From Utricularia gibba (taxonomy: Eukaryota > Plantae > Magnoliophyta), in assembly GCA_002189035.1 (NCBI GenBank), contig CM007990.1, positions 2,232,001-2,296,000 of the forward strand: a stretch of 64,000 bases of DNA. The letters are read 5' to 3'. Position numbers and translations under genes: made by a program. The notes under the pieces were generated by a model that worked only from the letters and a program-made list of their open reading frames with translations, made no database searches and was not told where the DNA came from. Of this stretch, positions 28,101 through 41,624 are shown piece by piece. Every line of letters starts with the position of its first letter. The stretch's first letter is position 1.

Positions 28101-28559
28101 TTGTAAAAGAAGTTATGAGATAGGATATATATAAAAGATAGTTTGGATTGAAAACATTGTGATAGGTGTGATAGATATAAGTACTTTGATTGATGTAATA
28201 TTTTGGTAGGCATGGTAAGTATGCTACGTAGAAGTCTTTTGATTGATATGCTACTTTGATAGGTTTAGTGAGTGTGGTAGGTAGAAGTATTTTGGGTTAC
28301 CAACCCATGATCATATGAGGTAAGGTTACGGGATATGGTAACCTTATTTGTATCATACCTAGCAAACATGTAAATTAAAAATTTTGAGAATATCTTAAAA
28401 TATTTAATATTCAATTAAATGTAAATGATTGAAAATAGTAATTCAAAATCTAAATCTCACTACAATATCATTAAAGTCATAAACATCTAGAATTAAAAAT
28501 TCAAGAAAATCATAAAAGAACAAAGTCATCATTAAAATCAAAAAGTGGCTCATGTGAGT

Positions 28560-29879
28560 TGTCCTTAGATATCAATCTAGGATGATTTTAGGTCCAAACT
28601 CGATGATTGATGAAGGGTTATCATGAATATAACTTGGAGCAGTCATACCATATAATGCACAACTACATGCCTCATTGTGCAACTTCTTGTGGAACTCATT
28701 CATTTTTGATATATTCATATCGATCAATAGTCTCAATTCATGCGTGGAGTTAACTAAAACCTATACAATGTTCACAGAAATATGTTGTTAAAACAAGTCA
28801 TTGTAACTTGCCATCAACTAAAACATGTGCAATATTCATAAAAATATATTGTTGAAACAAGTTATTGTGTCTTATCATCTCCTATTTATATCTATCTAAC
28901 TTGTCAGTCAAAAGTTCCACTACAACTCTTTTCTCTTGAGAAATGACTTTGAAAGGAATACCCTGAAGTAGATGTTTTTTAGCACTTTTTTGAGCAATGG
29001 GATGCTCTAGAGAAATCATATTGAACTTGGGATTCAAACTAGTACTATGGCTTCGAAATCCAAGGTGTTCCAGGATACTCAATGGGTAATCATGTAGAAT
29101 TATCATTTTTGAATCTCTCGTTTCAGCAGCATTGAATTCATGCTTTTTAGCATTCCTAACCTTTCCCTTTTTAAGTAAAGATTGCCTCATATCCATCTTT
29201 TTTGGTCTTTTAGGAGAATATAGTTTATAATGCTTCATCAAATTTGAAGTCTTATTTTTTGATTCTCCAATAAAAATCTTTTTGTAATTGTTGCACTCTG
29301 CTTTCCATTTTTTGTTCATCTTGTTAAAGAATCTTTTAACATGATTCCGACATTCAGAAATCAGTTTCTTCCTTCTTCTACCATATTCGCTAATTCCTTC
29401 AACTTCATCTATATCATCACTATCATGTTATGATAAATTTGTGCCTTCCTTAGTGTTAGATGGAGGCAACTATGCATTTTTTCATTGTTCATATTCCATT
29501 TCAGAAGCTGAAAAACACATAAAAAAGATCAAATAACTATTATAAAATATTCACATTAATCAATATAGATCATCTGAATAATTACTGACTAATGTCACAA
29601 ATATTGAAACTCTTCTTTAAGTATGGTCCCCGTTTAGGGTAATCAGTCAAAACCAAAAACTTTAATCTTTGAAATTAAGATTAAAAAAAAATAAATTGAA
29701 AGAACAACTTATAACAGAATTCTGGTTTGGTGATCATTAAGGACCAGATCATATTTTGCTAGTTCATGTTTTTTGGATTTTCGGACCAGACTGAGTAACC
29801 GAGTTTCAAGAACCAGACCACACCATTAGGTTCGGTTCCTCTCAGATCTGGGTAGTACACGGATCTATGAACATCCCTG
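28560..29879 (-). mobile_element. hAT DNA transposon remnant (BED-finger transposase fragment plus one terminus)
   Basis: ORF 28882-29319 KAECNNYKK...GESKNKTSNLMKHYKL...MIILHDYPLSILEHLGFR (RICESLEEPER/DAYSLEEPER-like). The terminus reads CAGGGATGTTCAT on the minus strand at 29867-29879, similar to the Ac TIR CAGGGATGAAA, with subterminal AACCG/GGTT motifs. The other end was not found. Confidence 0.75.
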
Positions 29880-31244
29880 CTTACAAGTAGTTGAATTTTA
29901 TGAAAAATCCTGATAAAAATAACCTAAAATTCATAAGCCCCATCACAAAAATGTTTTAAAATTATTTACTTTTTATAAAAAGAAAATTAGTACACTTTAT
30001 AGATAATCAACCAAAAATTAATAAACCTCATAATACTCTTGAGATAACAACGCATAATACCTTTTCTTGGAAAGGCATTAGAGAGATCTCGAGAGGCATG
30101 TAGGTTTGTCTATTCAGGCATTTTTCCCTTTTCATCAGGTATAACCCTAAGTAGGCAATACCCTTATGTACAACCTAGAGACTCTACTAAATCTCATCAA
30201 ACATCATTTGTTTTGAGTGCATCCATTGTTGGGCAAGCTTCTAGGTCTTCTCGAACATGGGTTTACTTATGGGCCCAACAACAAATTCAATGGCTCCTTT
30301 TCTTTCTTTGTAACATAGAAGTTAGAATAACTCCATCGGCCTTCTTATGGTGCCGAACTGGTTTTCAACTTTCTCATGATCGACATGAGGTAATGGAGCA
30401 TTGATGGCAACACCGCGTAGTGCAACGTTGGTTGATGATGGGAGGGTTGTTGATGACATTCTTGTTTTCTCCTACCTCCAAATCTCTCTCTATCTCTAGC
30501 CATACCCTACCCTACCCTCGTGTCAAAATACAGATCTGTGAGTAGCACTGTGGATCCCTCACTATCAGCTAAGAACAACAGTACAAAAGATTTTTTCTTC
30601 AATGAATTCTCAAATGAGACTTCAAGTTACGTCCCAAACTGATGTCAAACTACATACGTAAACAAATCAAACACTGGATTTTGGGATTTACATAATGAAT
30701 CCATATGAAATGAGTAAATACAGATTATGGTTAAATGAAAATTGAAATTTACAAATTACTTGGGGGGCAAAAATACTCAAAATTTGGTAAGTAATTTTCA
30801 AATTGCAGACCTGTTAAATGTTTTTATTTCTTTGAAGCAGAAAGATTTATTACATCCATAGATGAAGGTTTAGGCCTAAACCCATGGACTAGTCCACCCC
30901 GACCCTAGAAAATCTAGTGTTGGGGTTGAGGAAGTTTAGGCTCAAATGATTATCGAGCATTTTACCCAAGACCCGAGGTCCTCATGTTCAAAATTGATCC
31001 CACATAATTTTCATATTTTTCAAGTATAAAATATTAAATATTATTTATAATTATTTTTTTAGATATAAAATTTTTTATTTCAAATGATTTTAGTTCATTT
31101 TATATGAATCATATTATTTTGTTATAAATAATGAGAATGGATGGTACTTAATAGTCGAGTAGTCCTCGCTCAACTCAACTAAAAAATGGGGGTTCAATTG
31201 GATTCTATCTCGAAATTTAATGGAAACCTTTAGGATATATGGTA

Positions 31245-31269
31245 AGGTCAGGTCAGGTCAGGTCAGGTC
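31245..31269. repeat. (AGGTC)5 pentanucleotide tandem repeat in a MITE-like segment
   Basis: Sequence aggtcaggtcaggtcaggtcaggtc. Confidence 0.85.
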
Positions 31270-31902
31270 GACCCATCCCAACTTGCACGTGCAATTACAC
31301 CTGCGATGTTTGCAAGACCAGAGTCCTGCCTCCATGCACATGTACCCTAACTCAACAGCTTCTACATGGAGGAGAAGCCACTAACCACTAATTACTCAAA
31401 AGCAGACCTGTTTGCGTTCCATGCAAGGGGATAGAGTGCATCAATGAATCTGGTTTCAGGAGAGCAGGAGTTGCATTACTTTTATCCAAATTCATGCGCT
31501 CAAGAAACATGTCACTGATGGCATTGTTCTGAAGGCAGCTTCCACCAAAACTAGTGAAAAAACGAGTAAATCCCAAAACATCATTCATCACAAAATGTTT
31601 GTTCCTGAAGGACAAACCAGAAGGCCACAGATGAACCAAATATACAACTGCAGTCGTAGGCAGGAGATTCAAGCTATGATTTTTACAGCTACGTCTGTTG
31701 GATTGCTATAAAGGGCGTGCTCCCACTCCAATGAAATGCCTGGCCCTGTCCCAAGAACTGCTACGACATCATCGTGTGGTAAAAGGGTCACTTAGCCCTG
31801 TATCTAGCACCACAATTCCCTCGTCAGGGCAGCAACATGAAAACAAGAAAATTGGGTGGTAGTATCATGTCTACTGGACTTGGGTTTTGATAAAAATGTT
31901 CA

Positions 31903-32904
31903 TCAAAATACCTTTAGAGACGATTCAGAAACCTTGTATGTATCAGCATTGATGGATAACAGCCATAAACCTGGGAAAACAGACTGTAATACACACAGTT
32001 TAAGTGGTCAAAACTTTGAAGCAAAGAGGAAAGAGACGAACAAACTTTGGAGTACTTCGCAATGTAATTCTCACATTCAAGTCTTTCTGGATGTTCCTGG
32101 GTCTCTTCTTTGGCCTTCTTGGTGGTTTTGAGCCCGTCATAGAAAAAATATCCATTTCAATTTCCTCCTTTGATAGAGCCACAGCTATGCTCAGTTTTTG
32201 CTTCTCTTTCTTGTCTGTTGTACAGCCTCCATGTTCCCCTGATTTGTTGGATTTAATCACCGGCGGTGGCGGTGCATTGATCAACACGGACTTGCGAGGC
32301 CTCAAATTCCATCTTTTGGATTCTTCGTCGTTGGTTACGAGTTTTCCCTCTTCAACGGCCTCATCTTCACGGATCTTCGCTGGATCTTCTTCCTGCTCGA
32401 CATTCCGGGGAACGCTGATCAGCGTTTTCAGTTTCTTGGCTCCATCTTCGTTGTGCAAGGGAACTACTCTTTGGCATGAAGGTTTATCCGTGTTTCTGCG
32501 TTGAGGAATCGGGTTTGGAGAAGCATGGGGAGCTAGATTCTTTCGCCGGCACTCAGTTGAATCGTACGTATTCAGGGTCGATTGCGAATTCCAATCCCTA
32601 CCAGTAGAATGCCCAATCGAATCACCGCACATCGTTGATTGCGAGTTCAGTGATTCACGGTGAGGCTGTTTACCCAAGTTATGTGAAGAGGCTGTGCATT
32701 CTCCTAAAGGTGATTGGTGCCTAGGCAAATCATGCGGCGGCGAGTGACGCACGGGCGATGCCGATGATGCAGTCCGTCTCCGAGAGGGAGATTTGGCGGA
32801 GCGGGGGCGCTGGTGCACTGTGCCTGTGTGGCCCTCACTCCACTTAATTTGAGGTAGACAAAAATTGTGAAGGGGCGAGATTTCTCCGGGAAAGTAGATG
32901 CCAT
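31903..32904 (-). CDS. DUF1639-family protein with an apparent 1-bp frameshift near the start
   Basis: ATG at 32904 (MASTFPEKSR), then the family motif PLHNFCLPQIKW in another frame. RWNLRPRK and SIAVALSKEEIEMDIFSMTGSKPPRRPKKRP follow. GT donor after 32075. Exon 2 from 31983 encodes SVFPGLWLLSINADTYKV. Stop at 31903, or a further small exon after a donor at 31911. Confidence 0.85.
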
Positions 32905-34542
32905 GGACGAGGAAGCTCTTATCCCGATCGAGTAAGATTGGCCGAGAACCAAATCAAAGAATCTGGAAAATCATCGGCCGAGAGATCGTCCCTGGTAATC
33001 AGCCAACCCATCATAGCAAGAACTCAAAATCTTCCAAGGGATGCGGATGACAGGGCGAAAGTGAATAAGAATATCACCGAGGGACTGGAATGAGAAAGGA
33101 TTGCTCTGCAGATACACAGGAAAACAGGAAGCAAGGGGAAGAAGAAGAACGTGGGTGGAGAGGAGGCTTTGAGCAGAGGAAGAATGCGACGGTAAATATA
33201 GGGGCGGGGGATTCTAATCGTGTGTTTGTTGTTGTGGCTAGTGCTAATACTAACCCTAACATGCTGAATTGTTAAAGCAGATCTTCTCTTTGTTTTGGAG
33301 GCGGTTTTACCGTTTTACGGCTTTCCGGTTGGAATCGCACTCGAAACTTTGAACCAACGTTTTTTTAGTGAAATTTTTGCAGCAATTTATTAATCCCCAA
33401 TCCCAACCGAATTCCAAGTCTTACTCCAATAACCCCATCCCAAATGCATGAAGCCTACCGTGTTTAATTCATTGAGAAGCCGTAAATTAAGAAGAAATTT
33501 ACTTATCATCCCTCCAGACTATGGGTAAATTCAAGGGCGATAGATGGATAAAATTCGATTGATTTTGATATATAAGAAGGAAAACTCAAATTAGGAGAAC
33601 TTAGTGAGCAAATACACTTGTTCTAGGGAAGAAAAAGCAATGCCAAATCCTTATGTAGTGGCCAATTCGACTTTGTGTTGGGCCAAAAATCAGCCCACAT
33701 CCAACTAACCTCATCCAAAAATGCCCATCGGAAGTAAAGGTGTGATGACTCATTAAAGGGGAGACAGGGAAAAAATATGGTTTTTTTATTGTTTCATCAG
33801 ATTAGTGAATCTTGAAATAGTTGAAGGGAAGTTCTCTAATAATCTGTCTCGTGACCATGGGTGGTTGAACTTCAATATCACTAGTATTGATTCGTTTATT
33901 GTGGCTTTGTCAAGTGAATTACAATGACTTGTTGATTTGGTTTTGAAACATATTCTTAGTATTTCGAAATCCTTGATAGTGAATCATTTTGACTTGGTGT
34001 GGAGCACCCGAGGTTTGTCCACAAGGGTTTCCTCATAAAAAAATCTTGGTGTTTTGTTCATTTTATATTTTTCTTTCTCTTTTAAAATCTGTTGATTAGC
34101 CTCAAGATTGCATTTATAGATTCGAGTTACACTATTAATCCCAAATTGGTATCAAAGCAATAGGTTGAATATTGTGTAATCGCTTTTGTGTTTCTTTGCA
34201 TTCTATTTCTTGCAAGGAATCAATGGAGGATTTCAATGGGATAATCAAGTTAAAATCTCAGATTTACTCTCTATGGTACACAAAGATGAAAGCAATCCTT
34301 AATTGTAAGGATCTTTGAAATTCGATCAATCTTGGAGAAAAAAGCCCAAAAAATATTAGTAAGACAGATTGCAAGACACTGCACCTAAAAACTTGTGCAT
34401 ATATGCAACTCTACATCGAAAACTCATATCATAAAAGATTTAAGAATTATGAAGATGCAAAAGAACTTTGGAAGAAAATTGAGGACAGTTTCAAACCTTC
34501 TATTGCTTAAAATAAAATGTTAGTAGATAAAAAATTTACAAG

Positions 34543-35683
34543 TGATAAACGAAAAATTTGTGCAAGTCATTAAAATTACAAATTTCTCCTATCAAATAAA
34601 ATTTATAAACCTAATTAACCTCAAATCATATGAAAAATATGAGCATAGTGGACTAGGATCAAACACAAGGAGCTAGGTGCTTGCTATGTGAAAGTTAATG
34701 CATAAAATCAGTATCGCGTTGGTAGAATTGGTCTTAACTAGAACTAATGATGAAATGCAGTAAAGAAAAATAACAAGCTTGGGACTCGGTGGTTTCTAAT
34801 ATAAAATGGGTGATGCCTTGGAACTCCTAGGGGATGTATGCTTATCATTAAACAAATTCACATAAATCATAAATCACACAACTAACACACAAAAATCTAG
34901 ATCTAACCGGATTCTTGTTTTCCCCCTAATCTTTGGTCTACCTCTAATTAGGGTTGTAAGCTGGGTTTCACTACTTCCCCCTCCTAGATCTATCCTAGTT
35001 TGTTAAAGAAGTGGCGTGACTTATGGCTGATTAGGTCTAAAGATTGATTATCACATTTCTCCCCCTATTACCCCAAGACACCCCCTAAGTCCTTAGCCAC
35101 TCATAACAAGGGAAAGGAAAACGTTTTCATAGCATATTGTAAGTAACATTCTGGTTTCAAAGTTGAATAACAACAAGCAATGCATAACAGAAATAGAAAA
35201 GACTAATTGTTCACGCAGTAAATCTAAAAGTAGTCTTAGCTAGGAACAGTATGCATCAAGAATGAAAATAAATCTTCAAAGAGAAGCTGTGTTCTTTTGG
35301 TTCGTCGTTCCCTTCCTTCTTCTACCTCTAGAAAAATCTCCAGAAAACGTGTCTTGAGTCTCCAATGGGGAGATCTGCCCTCTCTCTCCATCTTTTCCCT
35401 CTTTTTGTCCAAAATCTCTCCTTTTCCTCTTTGGATTTTGTGTGTACTACTTTTCAAACTTTTGGACTCATCTTCTGCCACTACATTGTGCATATTCTGC
35501 TACTTGGGATTTGTGTGTGCGACCTGCACTACATTGCTCAAAGAAATTAGAAGATTGGGACTAAATCATAACATGACTACGGTACTATGCGTAAAAATAC
35601 GGAACTAAGCAGTAAAACTAGATTTTTGTAGTACAATATGAGTAATTTTCATGTACTCCATCACTAAAAAATATGTGTTATCA
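34543..35683 (-). mobile_element. Solo LTR, Athila-like family B copy 1, inserted in Copia gag
   Basis: TGATAAACG...GTGTTATCA. Perfect TSD ACAAG at 34538-34542 and 35684-35688. Removing it restores KKFTS-LRYMDG. Closely similar to 45100-46207. Confidence 0.93.
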
Positions 35684-36321
35684 ACAAGCCTTAGATACAT
35701 GGATGGTGAATCTATGGAAGTCTATATACTCAAGTTGGAAGACCTTATGGAGGAGATGTCCTCTATAGGTATGGATTTGGATGATGAAACCCATGCTATT
35801 AAGCTACATCGTTCATTGCTGTCAAGTTAGGAGGTGTTGATAATCACTTTAACACACACTTCAGACAAGCTCACCATGCTTCTGTAGCAAGCTCATTGCT
35901 GCATGAAGAACTAAGAAAGATAAAAATCAGGATTCAAAAATGTCACTAGATATTAAAGAACACAAAGGAAAGTGGAAAAATAGAAAGTATCACAATAGTA
36001 AAAAGAATTGAAAAGACAAAGGGAAAGAGCCCCAAGAATTTGACAAATGAAAAATCAAGAACATGTAATCATTGCAAGAAAGTTGGGCATATAAGAAAGC
36101 ACTGCAAATTCTGACTAATAACACAACCTTGAGGACACACTGCAAATGACTCTTAGGGCCTAAAGAAAACTAATAACCTGAAAACAACACTTGCACTAGT
36201 GGAAGAAGAACAATTGACACTACTTCCTCAATACTTTGATGAAGAAATAATGATGTTTTTGATTGTTGAAGAATCAAGCAATATGGTAGGATCAAAATGG
36301 ATTGTTGACTTCTTTGTTAGT

Positions 36322-37505
36322 TGTTGCGTGTTGTTTTCTCAACAAATTTTAATTTAGAAAAATGTAGAACACAAATAAGTGTAGTATGAGTATCGATCTC
36401 AGAGAATTGAGTTTTGCGAAAGTGATTTGTACTAAACTTTTATAAATTGTCATGAGTTTGTAAAAAGGGTTTTTAGAAATATAGAAATAAAAGATATAAT
36501 GCAAGTAATAGATCTTAATTAAGAGAAGCAGTTCTTGAGAATGAGATTCAATTTCCTCCATTTGTCTATCCTCACCTCACCTTTCACTGATTCCTTCCGA
36601 ATAGTTGATTATAGGAGCAAGGAATAGCTTACTCTCCCTTACACTCTGATTGACAAGGAAGCATGAGAATAGCCTCATATGATTCTCTCTTGGATGATTG
36701 AGAGTACAAGAGGATTGCCGTGGATTACCCTCAAAACTGAATTCTACGGGTGTATCCAGCTATTGTCAATGACCAATGGTGGGTACGAGGTCACTATTTG
36801 TCTACTATCGTGGTAACTTGATCACAAACAATTTGTTATTTCCCTAATTATGAGTGGAAAGACTATGGTGGGTAACTTGATCACAAGGAGTGGACTACTA
36901 CTCATGGACCATAATTAGGAGACGTTACAGAAAGACTATAACATGGCACGTGGAAATATGCAAAATCTAAAAGAAATTCAGTAAATAACCAAGATTAATG
37001 CTCAAGACGTTGAAGGAAGCTTCATCTATTCGCAGAAAGTAAAAACGTTTAGCCACAAATGACATGAAAACGGAAAATAGAAAATAGAAAGCTAAAGTGT
37101 TCTTCCTTTCTTTAATGGAGAGGAAGAATCCCAAAAGTTCAAGTGCCAAAATAAAGTGTGAAAAAGAGGTTGAAAAACAAGTGTTCCAAGTTTGTTTTAA
37201 TTCATACCTGCGTGCATTAACTTACTCTAGTCCTTTTCCATCATTCTTTCTGTTTTACGTGCGCAATCACCTTTACTATGTGTGCAAATAAGTGTTTAAT
37301 CATTGCTGCAGACTCCAATATATCGTAAGTAAGGGACCGTGACTAGTGTCAGTCTTCCGCCCACAATTGCTCCGAAATTGCCTCCTCACTTACAATTTTT
37401 TTTATAAAATAAGATACTTATCCATATGACTCCTAATTTGAGTGACTTAATACCTAATTAGCATGTAATAATATAAAATAAATACTTAGAAAATGACATT
37501 TAGCA
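36322..37505 (-). mobile_element. Solo LTR, Athila-like family C copy 2, inserted in the Copia protease motif
   Basis: The ends are the reverse complement of the 15929-17143 ends (TGTTGCGTGTTGTTT...AAAATGACATTTAGCA). TSD TTAGT at 36317-36321 and CTAGT at 37506-37510 (4/5). Removing it restores WIVDFF(V/A)S-YHATLCKE. Confidence 0.85.
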
Positions 37506-37589
37506 CTAGTTATCATGCCACATTATGTAAGGAAATCATGACCAACTGTAAACACACAAATTTTTCTATTTTTAGAATAAGAAAATTAT

Positions 37590-38460
37590 GATTTTTTAAT
37601 TATGTTTTAGATATTCATTTCACGATTTTAAGTATTTTAGAAAAAATTAGAGAATAGTATGATTTTTCTGTGTTAATAGGCTAGAACATATGTTTACCCC
37701 ACTCCATATTCAAACCCATTTGTGAGCTAGCAGCAAAGTCTTGAGATTAGGAAAAAAAAAACAAAAATTTCGTGCAAGCAGGCAATTTGTAGGAGGAGCA
37801 GCATGAAAAAAGGAGACAATGAATGCACTTTCATCGCTGCAACAAACTACAAGTCAGGGAGAGCTTCAGCAAAGAACACACATAGAGGGCTCCTTCGACA
37901 AGGTTCAACGTGAAGAACTAGCTTAGAAACCCAGTTTAACGCTATTGTTTTAGGCTGTGAATAGTAATAGATGGAAATAGAAACTTATTTTACTTTGTTT
38001 TCATTTATTGAACACTTCACCCTTGTTAGCGTTTCTCTTACAATGATTGTGATGACATTTTCAGTTTATCTTTATACAAGCTTTCTTAGAGCACCAATTA
38101 TGAGTGGCTAAACCTTTGAGACGCCTTAGGGTAACAAATTGGTATGGGATGAATGTCTATTTTGATTATAATATTCACATAATTATTGTATGTACTACTA
38201 TGCCTCGGGTAGACCTAAGGGGTAGACAAACCAGCTGCATAACTCAAACCTAGTTCTATGTGTTCCACAAATGGGTAGACCTATGCGTGGAATTGGTTGA
38301 GACGCTAGGGAGTATTGCAATCAATGATATAATACATGACCCGAGTAGACTTAAATTGTTTGGAGTAATGAAAATATGAAAAACTAGGAGTTTACTTACC
38401 ACATCACTAAAGCACCTTGAGGCATTATATTTCTTTTTGTGCAAGAATCCAACTCTTTAT
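37590..38460 (+). mobile_element. Athila-like LTR fragment related to families A/B
   Basis: Shares ATGAGTGGCTA, GGGTAGACCTA and an LTR-end-like ...CTTTATC. No convincing TSD. Confidence 0.5.
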
Positions 38461-41400
38461 CTTATATGTTAATGTTAGTGAAATTACCCACTAGAAATAA
38501 CTATTGGTGTGATTAAGATGTGTGGTGACTCATCAAGGAGGAGACGGGAAAAACTATGATTTTTCTCTTGCTTCAATAGATCAATGAATGTAGATGCGAT
38601 TGAAGGGGAAGTTTTTTGATTATCTATCTAGTGATGAAGAATGGTTGAACTTCAAGATCATTGATGTTGGTTTATTTCTTGGGGCTTTGTGTAGCAAATT
38701 ACATTAATTGTTGATTTGGTTTTGAAACCTGATCTTTGAATTATGATTATTCTTATATTTCAAAATTATTGATAATGAAGTATTTCAACTTGAGATTTTT
38801 CCCACAAGGGTTTCCTCATATAAAAATCATGATATTTTGCTGATTTTATGTTTTTTTTTCTTTCTTGAAGTCTATCATTTAGCCTAAAGATTGCATTTAC
38901 AAATTTGATTTATAGTATTAGAATCTTCTCACCTTGTGGGTATTCACTTCAATCTTATTCTTCGACCATTGAGTTTAATTTCAATGAGAGACATAAAGTC
39001 AAGGTGGTTTGTTGGGTGTTGCTACTCTAAGAATTTCGTTGTGAAATCAAAGACAAGCCAAGCAACCTAGATCTTGATGAAACTCTAGTGTTGCAATTAA
39101 GTTGTTTTTGATGCATGGGGTGCCTAATGCTTATGTTATCTATTTTGTAGATCTTAATGAAAATCTATAATTTCTATTTTTTTTATCAGATGTAATGAAT
39201 TTTATTGCTATCAAGTCTAAGATTTGGTTCATTTATGGTCTCCATTTAGTAGCCTCAATTTTATTCTGTAAGTCGCTATTTAATGCTCATAAAAATTTTG
39301 GATGCAATTAATAGCAAGGGCAATGCTGTTTAATATGATAATATAATTAATAATATATTTAATTTATTTAGTGTATAGGTTTTGATAAAATGTATTAAAA
39401 TAATGTTGGTATTTTATAATAGATTTATAAAATAATCACATAAAATTGAATTTGTAGTTGAGGTAATGTAGTAAGCAAGTGTCGGATATTATTTAGGGTA
39501 AGTATATAGTTATCCCAATTAGTTCTAAGAGCATAAAGCTTTTCCAAATTTAGATATTGCTCCACCGATCCTACAGGTGCACTTTAATAAATCATTATGT
39601 ATTATAATATTTTCAGTTAAACATAGCAAATCATTAAAGAATTTACCAAATATCAAAATACAAGTATATCTTGCACCACAAAATGAAACACATATCACAT
39701 CAGTAGCTTGAGGAAAGAAAAGTAGAACCCTAAAACAAGTAGTAGAAGGAAATCATTTTAATCATAACTTTTTGAATAAAGATGCTCATAGATAAAAATA
39801 AAAGCCTGAGAGTGAGAAGATTATATTTGAATAAATTTTTTTTTTCCATGTTATTTTGTCCATTGAGCACCTGCAAAATTATTAAATAATTTTTTTTTTC
39901 ATGTTATTAACCAAAGTAACCAGATATAAACCTTATAAAAAATGATAGCTTTTTTTTTGTGAGCATAAATTATATAATCATAAACCCTCATATAGATCTC
40001 ATCTGAAGAATTGGATTTCTTGCCATGCCCATGACCTCTTGTTCAAGAACATAATTTTTTGGTTCATTTAAAGTGAAATCAATGGCGCTTATGGTCATTT
40101 AGCAACATTGGGAAATTCATCTGTTAATGTAAAAATAGAGAAAATATAGAATATGTTAATCTTGCAATACAAACACATTGTAACAAAGCATAAATTGAAC
40201 AACTCATCTCGGCCATTAAACAACTATTTATTCTCAGAAGTGAAACAAAAGAAACACACATAAAAACAACAATAGTCTCTAATACCATCTCGACAACTAT
40301 TGTTGATGCATACTACATGCTAGATATCCTGCCATATTATTCAAGTTTGTGAAGTCTCTATTGTGCTGATATAGTTGTTGACAATCTCTTCTTTGTATGT
40401 GCACATACGAAGCCCTGAAGAATACACTTTATACTCTCTCTAGACATTAGGAAGAGTCCCTTATAAATATGTGAACTCCATTTGAATATTAATTGATTAC
40501 TAGATAAGATTTAGATATAGTGTTGATATATCTGAATGCCATCATATATAGAAGACGAATATACTCTCAAATATAGATTCAAATATATACTCTAAAAAAT
40601 TTGGACTTGTGTCTAAGTTGCACAAGTCATCCAAAATAATCTCTATAAAAGGATATTTCCCCTATGATAACATATGGATAATATCCTCATCATATTTTGC
40701 TTTATCTAAGACACCCAAGATACACAAAGATACTTTCATAATTGAAGGATTTACCTATAAAAGGGAATCAACTCTACCCTAGAAGACACCGAATATTCCT
40801 TTCATTCACTCCAAGCATTAGAAGCCTCTTGAAGGTCCTCTACAAGCATCCTTACCTCCTACCATCATTCATGGAATCTACTACCACATTCGATTGTCTT
40901 GCATTCTTCAACTTCAATATTTTTAACATTAGTGAATTTTATTCTCTAGTGTGACAAAAAGCACCCCCAATTTTCTCACTTTCAAAGTCACCACTCCTTA
41001 TGTTCTTTTTCCTAGATTTACAAGAACAAACCATACCTATAAAAGACTTTGCTCTGGTATTCTTTCTCTTGATTTTCTACATCAGTTTGTTGTCAAATTC
41101 TTGATGAAAGCTTGATCAATAGAACATCTTAATGACCTTTGGGACAACCAAGAGGAAAAAGATCACTAGGTAATTAAATTAATTTTTACTATTAAATTTA
41201 TAATGGGATTATGGGTTATACCTATTATTGTGGCACCCCAAACATGAGATATCATGAGACAACATAAACATGCACTCCAAAGACAGTGCATGATGATGTC
41301 TATTGAAGTGTCATGTCAATTCAAAGTATAAGGTACTATCAGTTTATAAGAAAATAGAAAGACCACACCGATAGATATATGTTCGTTAAACAAAAATACG

Positions 41401-41624
41401 ATAGGATCTTGAAGCAAACAAATTATTTGATGTGAAAAGTAACTAAGGTGTTCTAATTAAGAATAACATATTCAAAGCTTCAATAAAAGGAGAAAGAGAA
41501 TTATGCTCATTATTCTCCTAGGGGAGTGTCAGTTGTGTTTGAACATGGAGCACACGCTTCAAGGGAGATGCCAGCTTACCTAGGGTGGATGTCAATAGCT
41601 TGTCAGATGGGATGGCAATAGGTT

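Larger units (their letters stand above)
33740..38920 (+). mobile_element. Internally deleted Ty1/Copia element with paired ~400 bp LTR-like repeats and nested solo LTRs
   Basis: Direct repeats at ~33740-34140 and ~38520-38920. PBS-like TGGTATCAAAGC at ~34147. Gag YSLWYTKMKAIL...AKELWKKIE / SLRYMDGESME. Knuckle CNHCKKVGHIRKHC (~36060). Protease WIVD..SYHAT split by an insertion. No INT or RT seen; no TSD found. Confidence 0.75.

Noticed and set aside
30040-30500. Possible LINE ORF1 zinc-knuckle remnant
   Set aside because: The similarity is too weak and too broken by stops to support by eye.
32004-32504. 166-aa plus-strand ORF
   Set aside because: Antisense shadow of the DUF1639 exon, with no independent motif or ATG start.
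33740-33780. PPT-like purine tract at the upstream Copia repeat, suggesting tandem elements sharing an LTR
   Set aside because: The same tract and its upstream bases are in both repeats, so it may just be part of the LTR. There is no upstream pol sequence or TSD to support a tandem.
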